64,000 nt of DNA from a virus (taxonomy: Duplodnaviria > Caudoviricetes). Where the stretch lies: positions 1 to 64,000 of the IMG/VR virus record IMGVR_UViG_3300036929_000011; one strand, given 5' to 3'. Positions 25,113-33,771 of the stretch are shown here, one piece after another. The translations under genes were made by a program, and so were the position numbers. Numbering within the stretch: position 1 is the first letter of the stretch; every line of letters begins with the position of its first letter. Below the pieces are notes generated by a model that worked only from the letters and a program-made list of their open reading frames with translations, ran no database searches and was not told where the DNA came from.

Positions 25113-26159
25113 CTATTTCGGCGGCGCCTTCGTCCACTTGCACGTGATCTTGGCGTCGCCGAGGCGAATCAGATCCTCGCGCCCGATAGCCTTCAGGATT
25201 TCCACGGTAGCCCCCATCCGTCGCGGCTTCGAGATGACCGGTCCGTACATCATTGCGTCTACCTCGACCGGACCGTTCTGCATCACGAAGGCGTCGATAT
25301 TGTTCTCGACCAGGTCTCTGATCTTCTTCGCCTCACGCAGGACGCGGTCCGCCCCTTCGAGCCAGCCCAGGGCCTTGACCGTCGTCTCGACCGTAAGGGG
25401 CTGGTCGGTGAATTCCGCGAAGGGAGCAGGTAGGCCGGCCTTGATGGCAACTGCCATGGGAAGCAGATGGGCGTCGCAGTGCATTCGGGACCAGCAGTGG
25501 TCGCACTGTTCGCCCACGGCCGCCTCGGGTTGCGGCCCGTCCACGTCCACCTTGGGAACCGCCCGCACTCTCTCGACCACTTCGCGCAGACGGTCCTCGC
25601 GGATGTCCCCCGACTCCTGCGGCGTCACGCCCCATGCGTCCCAGCAGCAGAGCACTATCTTGGCCTGCTCGATGGGACGGCTCTGGGCGGTCTCCAGCCA
25701 GAAGGCTGCGACGTAAGCCAGCTGTTGCAGATTTTCGTCGGGCGGCGGGAGGTGACCGGCCCAGAGCTGCCCTCGCTTCTTCCAGTCCACATCCACGAAG
25801 CGAGGCTCCGTCCGGTGCAGACACATGAGGTCGGGGGTACCAGCGGTGAGCACTGCGCCGGTCTCTGGGTCGCGCAGCGTGACCTTCTCCTGCACGAAAT
25901 ACTGCCACTGTTCGACCGGGTAGTTGGCCTCCAGCCACTCCAGAATCTTGCTGGTCTCGGGAAGCAACTCTTCCTCGGTCGGCAGGTTGTCGGTGTCGCC
26001 GACCAGCATGCACGACAGGATGATCGTCACCTGCTTGTCCACGGCGCTGCCGAAACGGGTGGCGGCGTAGGAGGAGGGGTACTTGGTCGCGAGCCACGGG
26101 GCGCGTAGACATTGCTCGGCGAGCTGAAGGGACGATGGGCGAACGGGGATTCGTGACAT
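25113..26159 (-). CDS. PD-(D/E)XK (Cas4/RecB-like) exonuclease
   Basis: N-terminal CLRAPW, GTPDL..VDVDWKK, QQLAYV, C-terminal CDHCWSRMHC. Confidence 0.8.
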   Translation of the reverse strand: MSRIPVRPSSLQLAEQCLRAPWLATKYPSSYAATRFGSAVDKQVTIILSCMLVGDTDNLPTEEELLPETSKILEWLEANYPVEQWQYFVQEKVTLRDPETGAVLTAGTPDLMCLHRTEPRFVDVDWKKRGQLWAGHLPPPDENLQQLAYVAAFWLETAQSRPIEQAKIVLCCWDAWGVTPQESGDIREDRLREVVERVRAVPKVDVDGPQPEAAVGEQCDHCWSRMHCDAHLLPMAVAIKAGLPAPFAEFTDQPLTVETTVKALGWLEGADRVLREAKKIRDLVENNIDAFVMQNGPVEVDAMMYGPVISKPRRMGATVEILKAIGREDLIRLGDAKITCKWTKAPPK

Positions 26160-26300
26160 TGACTTACTCCTGTTTGAAAGTGCCGGTCATCTGGCCCACG
26201 GCCGGCAATGGTTTCTAGGCTGTCGCGAGGTCGGCACCTCGGTCGCTTGCGCAATCGACTCCAGCGCTGCCGTGACGGGCTGGCCCCGTGCCAGACTCGT

Positions 26301-27296
26301 TCACCAACCTTGAGGGCAAAGGCCCTTCTCGGCCTTCTCAATCAGCCACTTGATCTGTTCTGACGTCAGTTCCAGGAACCCACTGACCTTCGCTTCCTCG
26401 GCGTCCTCCAAATGTCCGTTGACCCAGCCGAGCTTGGCTCGCTTGGCCTGCTCTTTCTGCTCGGCCTCGGGAAGGCTTGTGTCCGCGGTCCCAATCTGCG
26501 CGGCGATAAGGGCTTGGGTCAGCCTCTGGACTTCGGTCATGCCGGCCTTGGGCACGGCGGCGGGCTTGGCGCCGGAGGTGCGGGGGGCGTGGGCGCCAGG
26601 ATGGCCCTGGTCGTCGTCATCCGGCGGGGCGTCCTCGTCGGTGAAGATGTCAGAGCACGCGGTTGCGTTTCTGACCGCTTTGACGTAGGCGCGCTTCTGT
26701 GCAATTGAGATAATCGTGTTGTGGAGATCCATGACCTTGTCCGGGCTGATTGCCCCGGTCTGATCGAGAATTTTCTTATCCTCATCCCCGTATTTGGCGC
26801 CGCATCCTCCCTTCTTGGCAAAGCACAGCCACCCCCCGCCGAATTCTTCCTTGCCCTTGATGATCGTCGCCTTGCCGCAAGCTGGGCATAGGCGTGCCGA
26901 GGTTTGTACCAGGTACTTCTGTTCCCGGCTATTAGCAGATCCAATGGCTTCGCCGACTAATTCCCCAGTTACGGAATTAAAAAGTTTGCAGCGTACTTCC
27001 CGAAGAATGAAGTCGGGACGCTCGTCTCTCGTTTCAACAATGTACTCGGGGCGAAGCCTGAACACCTGGCAGAGAACTTCAGCGCCCGGCTGCAAAAGCG
27101 CCTTCTTGGGCTTCTTTCCAACCTGAGTCGTCCCGGGAATCTCTCCGAAGTCGGTGCCCTCCTTCATCACCTTTTGCATCACCTCGACGACGGCCATCCG
27201 CATTGCGACCGCGCGATTGACGTCGAGGCCGTAGTCTGGCCTAACCATGGTCCCTTGCTCTGCCACTACAACTGCCGTCTTGGCTTGGTCACTCAT
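26301..27296 (-). CDS. Putative ssDNA-annealing recombinase with Zn-ribbon insertion
   Basis: DFGEIPGT..ALLQPGAEVLC..ANSRE..NTIISIAQKRAYVKAV..SDIFTD; adjacent to the exonuclease. Confidence 0.6.
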   Translation of the reverse strand: MSDQAKTAVVVAEQGTMVRPDYGLDVNRAVAMRMAVVEVMQKVMKEGTDFGEIPGTTQVGKKPKKALLQPGAEVLCQVFRLRPEYIVETRDERPDFILREVRCKLFNSVTGELVGEAIGSANSREQKYLVQTSARLCPACGKATIIKGKEEFGGGWLCFAKKGGCGAKYGDEDKKILDQTGAISPDKVMDLHNTIISIAQKRAYVKAVRNATACSDIFTDEDAPPDDDDQGHPGAHAPRTSGAKPAAVPKAGMTEVQRLTQALIAAQIGTADTSLPEAEQKEQAKRAKLGWVNGHLEDAEEAKVSGFLELTSEQIKWLIEKAEKGLCPQGW

Positions 27297-27757
27297 CTGG
27301 AATCTCCTTCTCGTTTGATTCTAGCTTTCCGATACGCTATCTCAGCATCTTCCTTTCGCACGAAGACGCCGAGGCGTTGCCTGGACCTTCTTCCTCCAAT
27401 TACAGCGGCCCACTTGCTTCCGCTTCGGAATACACCTCTGACACCACTTGTATTGTTCTTCTGGATCCTAGTGTTGAACGCCTGCTGACTCGGGGTAGCC
27501 CAGCGACAATTTCCTAGCTCGTAATTACCGCCGTTATCGATCCGATCAATAGTCTTCCCGGTCGGACGTTCCCCCATATCTTCCAGGAAGTTCTCAAAAG
27601 ATTTCCAGCGTTCACAAACAGTTATTCCACGAGATCCGTACTTCTTGAACATATCCCCCTTGGTCGCTCGTGTGCGCGACAACATAGAGCACCATGTGCG
27701 ATAGGTTGGAGATTGTCCCCCGCGGTGTGCATGGTCATGCTTGATTGACCGTTCCAT
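27293..27757 (-). CDS. C-terminal HNH+AP2 fragment starting at an ATG inside the element's TIR
   Basis: ATG = TIR positions 27757-27755, in frame; AGAGGG lies upstream. Confidence 0.55.
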   Translation of the reverse strand: MERSIKHDHAHRGGQSPTYRTWCSMLSRTRATKGDMFKKYGSRGITVCERWKSFENFLEDMGERPTGKTIDRIDNGGNYELGNCRWATPSQQAFNTRIQKNNTSGVRGVFRSGSKWAAVIGGRRSRQRLGVFVRKEDAEIAYRKARIKREGDSR

Positions 27758-28095
27758 GCTTATCCGGTTGACACCCTCTAGGTGTGAAAAAGCTTAGTTT
27801 TCGGACGTTGACTCTGCACGTGGGAAACCACCTCAAAAAGAGAATTGAAATCGCCCGGCGACACCGATCCGTCCGCTTCCAATCGCCCTAATCGCTTGCC
27901 TTTACTGGCAGAGCGTTCGGCCGTTCCATCGGTGTAAAACAGCGTAATAGCTCCACCTTTTGCTAGCTGTTGTGCCTCTGCGACACCTGTCATCATGGCT
28001 TCGATCTTTGGCGCTATTGTGTGTATAACCATCGGAGCAGTTTTCATTGTTCAAGTCCTATCGAATCAGTGGAGCGCGTGAACCGGATAAGCATG
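27755..28095. mobile_element. Non-autonomous transposable element (MITE/MIC-like), 341 bp
   Basis: Perfect 15-bp TIRs CATGCTTATCCGGTT (27755-27769) / AACCGGATAAGCATG (28081-28095); 8-bp TSD GACCGTTC at 27747-27754 and 28096-28103. Confidence 0.9.
27778..28047 (-). CDS. Passenger ORF of the element, 89 aa, unknown function
   Basis: Wholly inside the TIRs; AGGA SD; ATGA-coupled to the stop of the N-terminal HNH fragment. Confidence 0.5.
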   Translation of the reverse strand: MKTAPMVIHTIAPKIEAMMTGVAEAQQLAKGGAITLFYTDGTAERSASKGKRLGRLEADGSVSPGDFNSLFEVVSHVQSQRPKTKLFHT

Positions 28096-28404
28096 GACCG
28101 TTCTCCCACCTGATCACCTCGTAGGCATCCGCATGATGCCGATCTCCCACTGCGCAGATGCATGGCGTAAACTATTGAGTTTTCCCCACAAGAACATCGA
28201 CAAAAATACCGCGACACTCCGGAGGCGTTGCTCGCGCGCGCTATAACTTTCCACCGACCGAACGTCCTACCGACTAGGCTCCATCTCTTCGCGGCATCGG
28301 CCTTTCGGTCAAAGGTCATGTTCTGGTCTCCTCGGGAAGGTTGCCCGCCGCCCGGCAGTTACGGCAAGGTCCGGGCGGCGGTATCCGCGTTGGTGCGGCT
28401 GTCT

Positions 28405-28707
28405 CTATTGTTGATCTTGTGGGGCGGTTTTCTCCGAAAAAGTTTCGGCTGCTCCGACCACCTGCTCGCCGAGCCACTGGTCGAACATCGCGTCCGTCTG
28501 CTCGCCGAACTTGAGGTACGCCTGGTCGGCGTTCGGGACCTGATGCGCCCGGCAGAATTCCCGCCAGCGCGCGCCGACCCAGCAAATGAACCCCGTCATC
28601 AGACCGCCAGGCCAGGACCTGTCGTCCGCCGCCATCTGCTCCTCGGGCGTGTGACCTTGGGACCGAGCAAAGAGCCAGTATCGGGGATTCCATTCCCGTG
28701 CGCTCAC
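28405..28707 (-). CDS. Hypothetical protein, 100 aa
   Basis: GTGA coupling; NPRY..FAR..G.TP..Q..WPGG.MTGFI.W pattern. Confidence 0.65.
   Translation of the reverse strand: MSAREWNPRYWLFARSQGHTPEEQMAADDRSWPGGLMTGFICWVGARWREFCRAHQVPNADQAYLKFGEQTDAMFDQWLGEQVVGAAETFSEKTAPQDQQ
28406..28431 (-). promoter_or_regulatory. Conserved bipartite motif copy 5
   Basis: AAAACC-GCCCCACAA-GATCAACAATA; embedded in the last codons of the upstream gene; 11-bp stem (28345-28381) in the leader. Confidence 0.75.
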
Positions 28708-28949
28708 GTCGTGGCCTCCAGCAACGCCTTCGCCCCATCCGGACCCAGGTACGCCACGAGGCTCGCCTTGACGATGTAGATGCGCAGCCCCACCCGCGTG
28801 TGCTGAATCGCCCCCTTGGCAATCCAGAGGTTCACGCTCTGGCGGTTCACGCCGGCCAGCCGTGCCGTCTCGGCCACTGTGAGATAGCCTTGCGCGCGCA
28901 TGCGGTCCTCTTGGGCGTGCTGTAGTGGTTTCCGTACTGTTGACTTCAT
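28704..28949 (-). CDS. Excisionase/MerR-like HTH (HTH_17) protein, 81 aa
   Basis: YLTVAETARLAGVNRQSVNLWIAKGAI..RVG..IYI. Confidence 0.8.
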   Translation of the reverse strand: MKSTVRKPLQHAQEDRMRAQGYLTVAETARLAGVNRQSVNLWIAKGAIQHTRVGLRIYIVKASLVAYLGPDGAKALLEATT

Positions 28950-29305
28950 GATGGGTTTCCTCCGTGCTCTTGCCAGAACTGCCTGGCCTCCGGCGTCCCT
29001 GGCCGGAAGCCAAAAACCTCTTCGACGACAGCTCCCACGTCGAGCTCGTAGAGCTTGCCATGGGTCTGCATCTCCATCGATAGGACGACCCAAAACGACT
29101 GATACTGTCCCTCAATGGCAGCAATGTGCTTACGGCCGTGGCCGGATACGTCGCGGGAGTCGACCTTGCCGCCACAGAGTCGGCACTGGATACGGTCCCA
29201 TTCTCGCGTACACCAGCCACGAGCATTGCTCTCCCCGCGGGCCTCGTGGAAATTGGCGTGCTTCCACATGCCAGCCAGGATTATGAGAGCGAGAGAGTCG
29301 TTCAA
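28946..29305 (-). CDS. Hypothetical protein with C2H2-like motif
   Basis: TTGA coupling (or ATG at MWKH); CRLCGG..HGRKH. Confidence 0.55.
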   Translation of the reverse strand: MNDSLALIILAGMWKHANFHEARGESNARGWCTREWDRIQCRLCGGKVDSRDVSGHGRKHIAAIEGQYQSFWVVLSMEMQTHGKLYELDVGAVVEEVFGFRPGTPEARQFWQEHGGNPS

Positions 29306-29835
29306 GCGCCCAGGTACTCCAGCGCGTACTCGCGCAACTGTCGGCTTCGCCCCAGTCTCTTCTTTGCGTCCTGGACCGCCTGGTAGACGTCCCGCACCGG
29401 GACCTTCCGCAGCTTGGCGACCTCGGCCGGCTTGCGCTCCTCCAGCAGCACCTCGCCCGCCAAGTCCCCACCGGGCAGCAGCGCCAGCATGCGGGTGATG
29501 AGGTTCGCGACCCGGTGCCGGTCCAGATGCGCCTCCGCCGGCTCGGCCGGAAGTGGGACGTGGTCGATGCTTCGCAGGACCTCCCGCTTGCACCCGTCCA
29601 GCTCGGCGATGCAGTGGCGGGACGCGTACACCGGGGCACGTGCCTTGCGGACGTAAAGCCAGAGCGCCCCCGTCATCGCCTTCGCCTGGCAGGCTTCGAG
29701 AGGCGCCCCGTCTGGCTTCCAGGTGCGGGCCGCTTCGAGCTTCGCCAGTTCGGCCTGCTGCCGCAGCTCCTGGATTTCCAGCCAGCCGCAAAGAAAGGAG
29801 TAGTTGCGCACAATTGCCGTGGTTGCGTCTTTCAT
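29302..29835 (-). CDS. Divergent sigma70-family factor (region 2 plus region 4), 177 aa
   Basis: IQELRQQAELAKLEAARTWKPDG.P..A..AMTGALWLYVRK resembles region 2; LLPGG..VLLEERKPAEVAKLRKVPVRDVYQAVQDAKKRL resembles the region 4 HTH. Alignment by eye. Confidence 0.6.
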   Translation of the reverse strand: MKDATTAIVRNYSFLCGWLEIQELRQQAELAKLEAARTWKPDGAPLEACQAKAMTGALWLYVRKARAPVYASRHCIAELDGCKREVLRSIDHVPLPAEPAEAHLDRHRVANLITRMLALLPGGDLAGEVLLEERKPAEVAKLRKVPVRDVYQAVQDAKKRLGRSRQLREYALEYLGA

Positions 29836-29838
29836 TGG

Positions 29839-30318
29839 TCATGGTCCTTCGGTTGGTGGTAGTACGGCGTTCGGTATGCAGCCCCAGACCTCTTCAATCA
29901 CGCTCTTCCAGGATGGCGGAGGTGCATAGGTTATCTCAGGCGGACCATCGGCGACTATAGTGGACACAGAGCTGCCGATAAAGTGCTCCGCGTGTGTAGG
30001 CTGATGGAAGCCCACAATCTGACTGCGCGCTTCTTCGCTTTCTATCAGATATAGAGCCTCAGCCGCCGCGACCTTCTCGGCTCCGAGGGCGTCTATGTGA
30101 CACCGTTCGTGTTCAACAACTGACGCGAACATCGCATCGGTGACCCCAATTTTCGCGCCGATTGGCCGACTACACAGCAAGCAATAGGCACAGGACAGAG
30201 CGTAGTTGTACTCCCACCAACTGGCTCGAAAGTGGATGCGCGACATAGACGTCAGAAGAGCATTATGCTCGGTATGCGCATCTGCGCTCTCGCCGAACTT
30301 GGTGGCTCCTAGGAGCAT
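29839..30318 (-). CDS. Hypothetical protein (lower GC)
   Basis: AGGA SD; fills the gap. Confidence 0.55.
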   Translation of the reverse strand: MLLGATKFGESADAHTEHNALLTSMSRIHFRASWWEYNYALSCAYCLLCSRPIGAKIGVTDAMFASVVEHERCHIDALGAEKVAAAEALYLIESEEARSQIVGFHQPTHAEHFIGSSVSTIVADGPPEITYAPPPSWKSVIEEVWGCIPNAVLPPTEGP

Positions 30319-30322
30319 TGTC

Positions 30323-31201
30323 CTACGCCGCCGCGTCCTCAGCTTGAGCCAGAATCGCCGCCTCCGCCAACCGCGACCTCAGCCCCGACAACTGACCCTG
30401 GAGCTCGACCAGCGACGTCCCCAGCAGCGCCTCGTAGCCGGCGACCTTGGTGGCCACTCGGTCGCACTGCTTAGCCTTGGTCTTGAGCGCCCGCGGGCCG
30501 GCTTCGACGTTCGATAGGATGGCCTCGAACTCGGCAATCTCGGCGCTGGCCTCACGCTCGACCGCGGCGAGGATGGCCTGGACGGCGCTCTCGGTGCGCA
30601 GGGCCGGGATCTCGTAGCAGACGTGGGCGCCCACCGACCGGATCACCTCGGCGGCCAGGCGGAACTTGTCCACCGACGCCGGGGGGAGAAAGTAGAACCC
30701 GCCGCGCGCCCGCAACGCTACCGCGTCCAGAGACTCGCAGAAATGCACCAGCAGGCTGGAGATATCGGAGGGGACCAGGTTGACCAAATGCCGCTGGTAG
30801 CTCGCCTGAATCGAGTCCGCAAGAGGCCCGGTCGCCGGCTCGATCTTGAGGACGCCGTCAGCGTCGACGGTCGCCACCACGGATTGCTGATAGGCCAGCG
30901 TCTCGCCCTGGGCGGTTTCCTCGACCAGGCTGTAGCCCTCGCGCCCGGCCAGGGGCCGCACCAGCTTGCGCTGCTCGGCCAGCGTCTCGACCGCGCGCTT
31001 GAGGGCGGCCTTGGGCGCTACGGCTTCGGGCACCAGAGCGATGTCCAGTCCTGCCGCCTGCCAGGCCACCCGTAGCTTCTCGACGTCGACGAGGCCGCTC
31101 AATTCCCACCAGCTCATCGCCCCGGCTTGCGGGGTTCCTTCAGGGACAGCGAGAAAGTCTTTGCTTGTAACGATGCCTTGGGTCGTTCCGGTCGTGGTCA
31201 T
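30323..31201 (-). CDS. DUF3150/DUF6744-like protein
   Basis: CAGGAGG SD before MTTTG; WWELSG..W.AAGL..P..AALKRAV..GGFYFLP; next to the AAA/vWA pair. Confidence 0.6.
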   Translation of the reverse strand: MTTTGTTQGIVTSKDFLAVPEGTPQAGAMSWWELSGLVDVEKLRVAWQAAGLDIALVPEAVAPKAALKRAVETLAEQRKLVRPLAGREGYSLVEETAQGETLAYQQSVVATVDADGVLKIEPATGPLADSIQASYQRHLVNLVPSDISSLLVHFCESLDAVALRARGGFYFLPPASVDKFRLAAEVIRSVGAHVCYEIPALRTESAVQAILAAVEREASAEIAEFEAILSNVEAGPRALKTKAKQCDRVATKVAGYEALLGTSLVELQGQLSGLRSRLAEAAILAQAEDAAA

Positions 31202-31215
31202 TGGGTCCTCCTGCA

Positions 31216-31231
31216 TGTTTCACGTGAAAAG
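31216..31231. promoter_or_regulatory. parS-like palindrome TGTTTCACGTGAAAAG
   Basis: 14/16 match to TGTTTCACGTGAAACA; intergenic, abutting an SD. Confidence 0.4.
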
Positions 31232-31270
31232 TCGAAACCTAGTCTAGCTAGTCGTGTCTAGTTTGTACAA

Positions 31271-32593
31271 TTATTCCTTGATCTGGATTTTCTTTCCCCA
31301 ACCGCACGGCGCCGACGAGTACGGCCCGACCAACACCCAGATCGTTTCGAACCCGCGTGGAGCTGCCGCCGGTGCCGGCCCCTGGCCGTCCGTGACGAAC
31401 ACGAACAGGTCGACCTTGGGGCGCAGCTCTTCGACCGCCTGAAATACCGGCCGAAAATCTGTCCCACCTCCACCTTTAAGCTGCGATGCCAGCTCGGCCG
31501 CCGTCCGCACCTCGCGAGTCTCGTGCACGGCCGCGTCGCATGCGAGGAACACGATTGGCGTCCCGATGGCTCGTAGGCATCCCTGGGCCTCGCTTACAGC
31601 ACGCACAAGCTCGTCGTGGCCCATGCTTCCCGAGGTATCCACTCCGAACGCTACGCGCGGCCGTGGGGCGCACAGGGCCGGCATCAGGGGCGTACTGCCC
31701 CCCAGGGCGCGCGCGACCGCCCCAAACGCAGCCTGGCGCCGCGAGAAGCGCGTCCTGGTGTAGTCGACCCTCCCGGCGATCGTTGCCACCCCGGCCCGGA
31801 TGGCGCGTCGTAGCTGATCCTGCCAGCGGACCTTCGGCGGCTGGAGCTCGGACTCGGCCCACACCAGCAGGCCGCCCGGAACACTCCCCCGCCCCTTCTG
31901 GGCGACGTGCTGCTGGATAGCCTCGGCCACGTCCCGGCGGATGCGGTCTAGGTCGGCCGAGCTGCGGGGCTTGGCGCCGGACGCGCCCTCGGGCTCACCG
32001 TCCACCGGGGGTCCGCCCGAGCCAGAGCCGCATTTCCCGCGCGCGACGTCTGCCTTGCCGTTGCCCTTGCCGTTGCCCTTGCCTGTAGCGCAGCCCTCGC
32101 CCTCACTATCGCCGTCCTGTTCTGTCCCCTTGCCATCCTTGCCCTGGCCGCCCTTTCCGGCCTGCGTGGTCGCCTGCTTGAGCAGCTCGTTATAGTACTC
32201 CTCGGCCATCTGGCCGTTCTTCAGGCCGTACTTCTTGGGCAGGCTCGGGTCGGCGGGCAGTAGCTCCTCTTTTAAGTCGTCGTTGATCTCAAGATCCACG
32301 GCCACCCCGGCAATTTCTCGATTGACCTGCGGGATGGCGTCTATGCGATCGCAGTGCCGGCGCAGCAGGTGGAGCAGCTCGTGCGAGACGACCTCGCCGG
32401 CCTGGGGCGCCGTGATGACCGCGAGGAAGTCCGGGTCCACCAGGAGGATGCCGGTCTTGGTCATCGCCATCGTCCTCACCGGCGCGAATCGCCGCACCAG
32501 CCCGCTGAACCCTGCTGCGAAGTACGGAAACCTTTGCTCGGCCGCGAGGATGGCGGCTGAGAGGCGCTGCCCGTCGGTGAGCGTGGAGTCCAT
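31271..32593 (-). CDS. vWA-domain metallopeptidase-like protein (DUF2201 type)
   Basis: HELLH zincin motif, Gly/Lys linker, MIDAS DTSGSM, GGGTDF, TDG. Confidence 0.85.
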   Translation of the reverse strand: MDSTLTDGQRLSAAILAAEQRFPYFAAGFSGLVRRFAPVRTMAMTKTGILLVDPDFLAVITAPQAGEVVSHELLHLLRRHCDRIDAIPQVNREIAGVAVDLEINDDLKEELLPADPSLPKKYGLKNGQMAEEYYNELLKQATTQAGKGGQGKDGKGTEQDGDSEGEGCATGKGNGKGNGKADVARGKCGSGSGGPPVDGEPEGASGAKPRSSADLDRIRRDVAEAIQQHVAQKGRGSVPGGLLVWAESELQPPKVRWQDQLRRAIRAGVATIAGRVDYTRTRFSRRQAAFGAVARALGGSTPLMPALCAPRPRVAFGVDTSGSMGHDELVRAVSEAQGCLRAIGTPIVFLACDAAVHETREVRTAAELASQLKGGGGTDFRPVFQAVEELRPKVDLFVFVTDGQGPAPAAAPRGFETIWVLVGPYSSAPCGWGKKIQIKE

Positions 32594-33771
32594 CAGGATC
32601 CCACCTTGATGCCCGCGGCCTGGAAGATGGGGAGGTACTTGGCCAGGACCTTCTCGGCGTCTTTCAGCATACCCTTCGGGCCGCGCACCAGCCGCACCTC
32701 GTTCGAGGCCAGCGTCTTGACGGCGGGGAAGATCACGTCAGCGACCTCCATCAGCGGGACTAGCATGTGCCAGAGGGCCTCGGCGCGTGCCATCCTCTTG
32801 ACGGCCGACTGCGGGGCCACGAGGGCCGCGCACGCCGAGCAGACAACCATGGTTCGGTCCAGCCGGTCGGGGTCGTGCTTCCACTCGATTTCGCCGTCGA
32901 GCAACCGCTCGGGGTCAGGCAGGTCGACGTTGACCAGCCAGCTGCGCAGCTCGCGGATCGCCGCCGGGCCGACGAAGGCGCCAACGTAGCGATCGGTATC
33001 GGCCTCGTCGAGGTGGTGGATTTCGGAGGCCGCCAGAGCGCGCGTGGCCATCTCCCACGAGCGCCGCGACGGCCAGGCCAGCGATGCCTCGGGCGATCCA
33101 CTCGCCGGCTGCGCGTGCAGCAGACTGGGCTTACGCCGGAGGAACGAGGTGATGATCCCGGAGGCCTTGGCGTAGGCCGCTGGCCAGAGCTTCAACACGC
33201 GCTTCTCCTCGGCCTCGGCCGTGGTCGCGACCTCGACCTCATTGCCGTTCCCGGCCTGCAGGAGCCACGAGCACCAGTCCTGACAGGATGGGCCCGTCCA
33301 GTCTGGCAGCGTGCCGAATCGGTTGGCCAGCGGGGCCGCGAGGTCGTAGCCGCCGGCCGCATCGTCGACGCTGTTCTGGGCGGCGAGAATCCGCACGGTG
33401 TCGGGCAGCACGAAGTCGCCGACCACACGGTCGAGGACCACGCGAAGCAGAGCTGCTTGGACTGCTGGGGGCGCGCAGTTGACCTCATCCAAAAATACCA
33501 CCGCGTGCTTGGCCGCCGCAGCTCGGAGCGCCCAGGCGGGCGGCGCGTACCCGACCGATCCGTCGGGACGTGGAACTGGCAGGCCGAGAAAATCGGTCGG
33601 GTCGCGGAGGGACGCGATCACGACCTCGACCTCCAGGCCCGCAGCCTGGGCTACACGCTCGATCAGCGCGCTCTTGGCCGTGCCGGGGGCGCCGATGATC
33701 CGGAGAGGAAGTCCCCAGTGATGTTTCGACCCGACGGTAAAGAGGGCGGCGTGTACAATTTGAGTGTCCAT
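32593..33771 (-). CDS. MoxR-family AAA+ ATPase
   Basis: GAPGTAKS, VVFLDE, APPAVQAALL, PLANRF, PSRRSW. Confidence 0.85.
   Translation of the reverse strand: MDTQIVHAALFTVGSKHHWGLPLRIIGAPGTAKSALIERVAQAAGLEVEVVIASLRDPTDFLGLPVPRPDGSVGYAPPAWALRAAAAKHAVVFLDEVNCAPPAVQAALLRVVLDRVVGDFVLPDTVRILAAQNSVDDAAGGYDLAAPLANRFGTLPDWTGPSCQDWCSWLLQAGNGNEVEVATTAEAEEKRVLKLWPAAYAKASGIITSFLRRKPSLLHAQPASGSPEASLAWPSRRSWEMATRALAASEIHHLDEADTDRYVGAFVGPAAIRELRSWLVNVDLPDPERLLDGEIEWKHDPDRLDRTMVVCSACAALVAPQSAVKRMARAEALWHMLVPLMEVADVIFPAVKTLASNEVRLVRGPKGMLKDAEKVLAKYLPIFQAAGIKVGS

Larger units (their letters stand above)
27293..28319 (-). pseudogene. HNH-AP2 homing endonuclease interrupted by a 341-bp element (reconstructs to 225 aa)
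   Basis: N-part GRTFGRWKV..C.CSCG..SCGC; C-part YGSRGITVCERW..FL.DMGERP..TIDRIDN.GNY..NCRWAT plus AP2. Removing element plus one TSD (349 bp) leaves 678 bp in frame. Confidence 0.9.

Noticed and set aside
27755-28095. Interpretation as an invertible segment or self-splicing intron
   Set aside because: The flanking 8-bp direct repeat fits transposition; there are no group I/II core motifs and no recombinase.
28704-28949. Excisionase as evidence of a prophage
   Set aside because: HTH_17 proteins are common regulators; no integrase or att site is seen.
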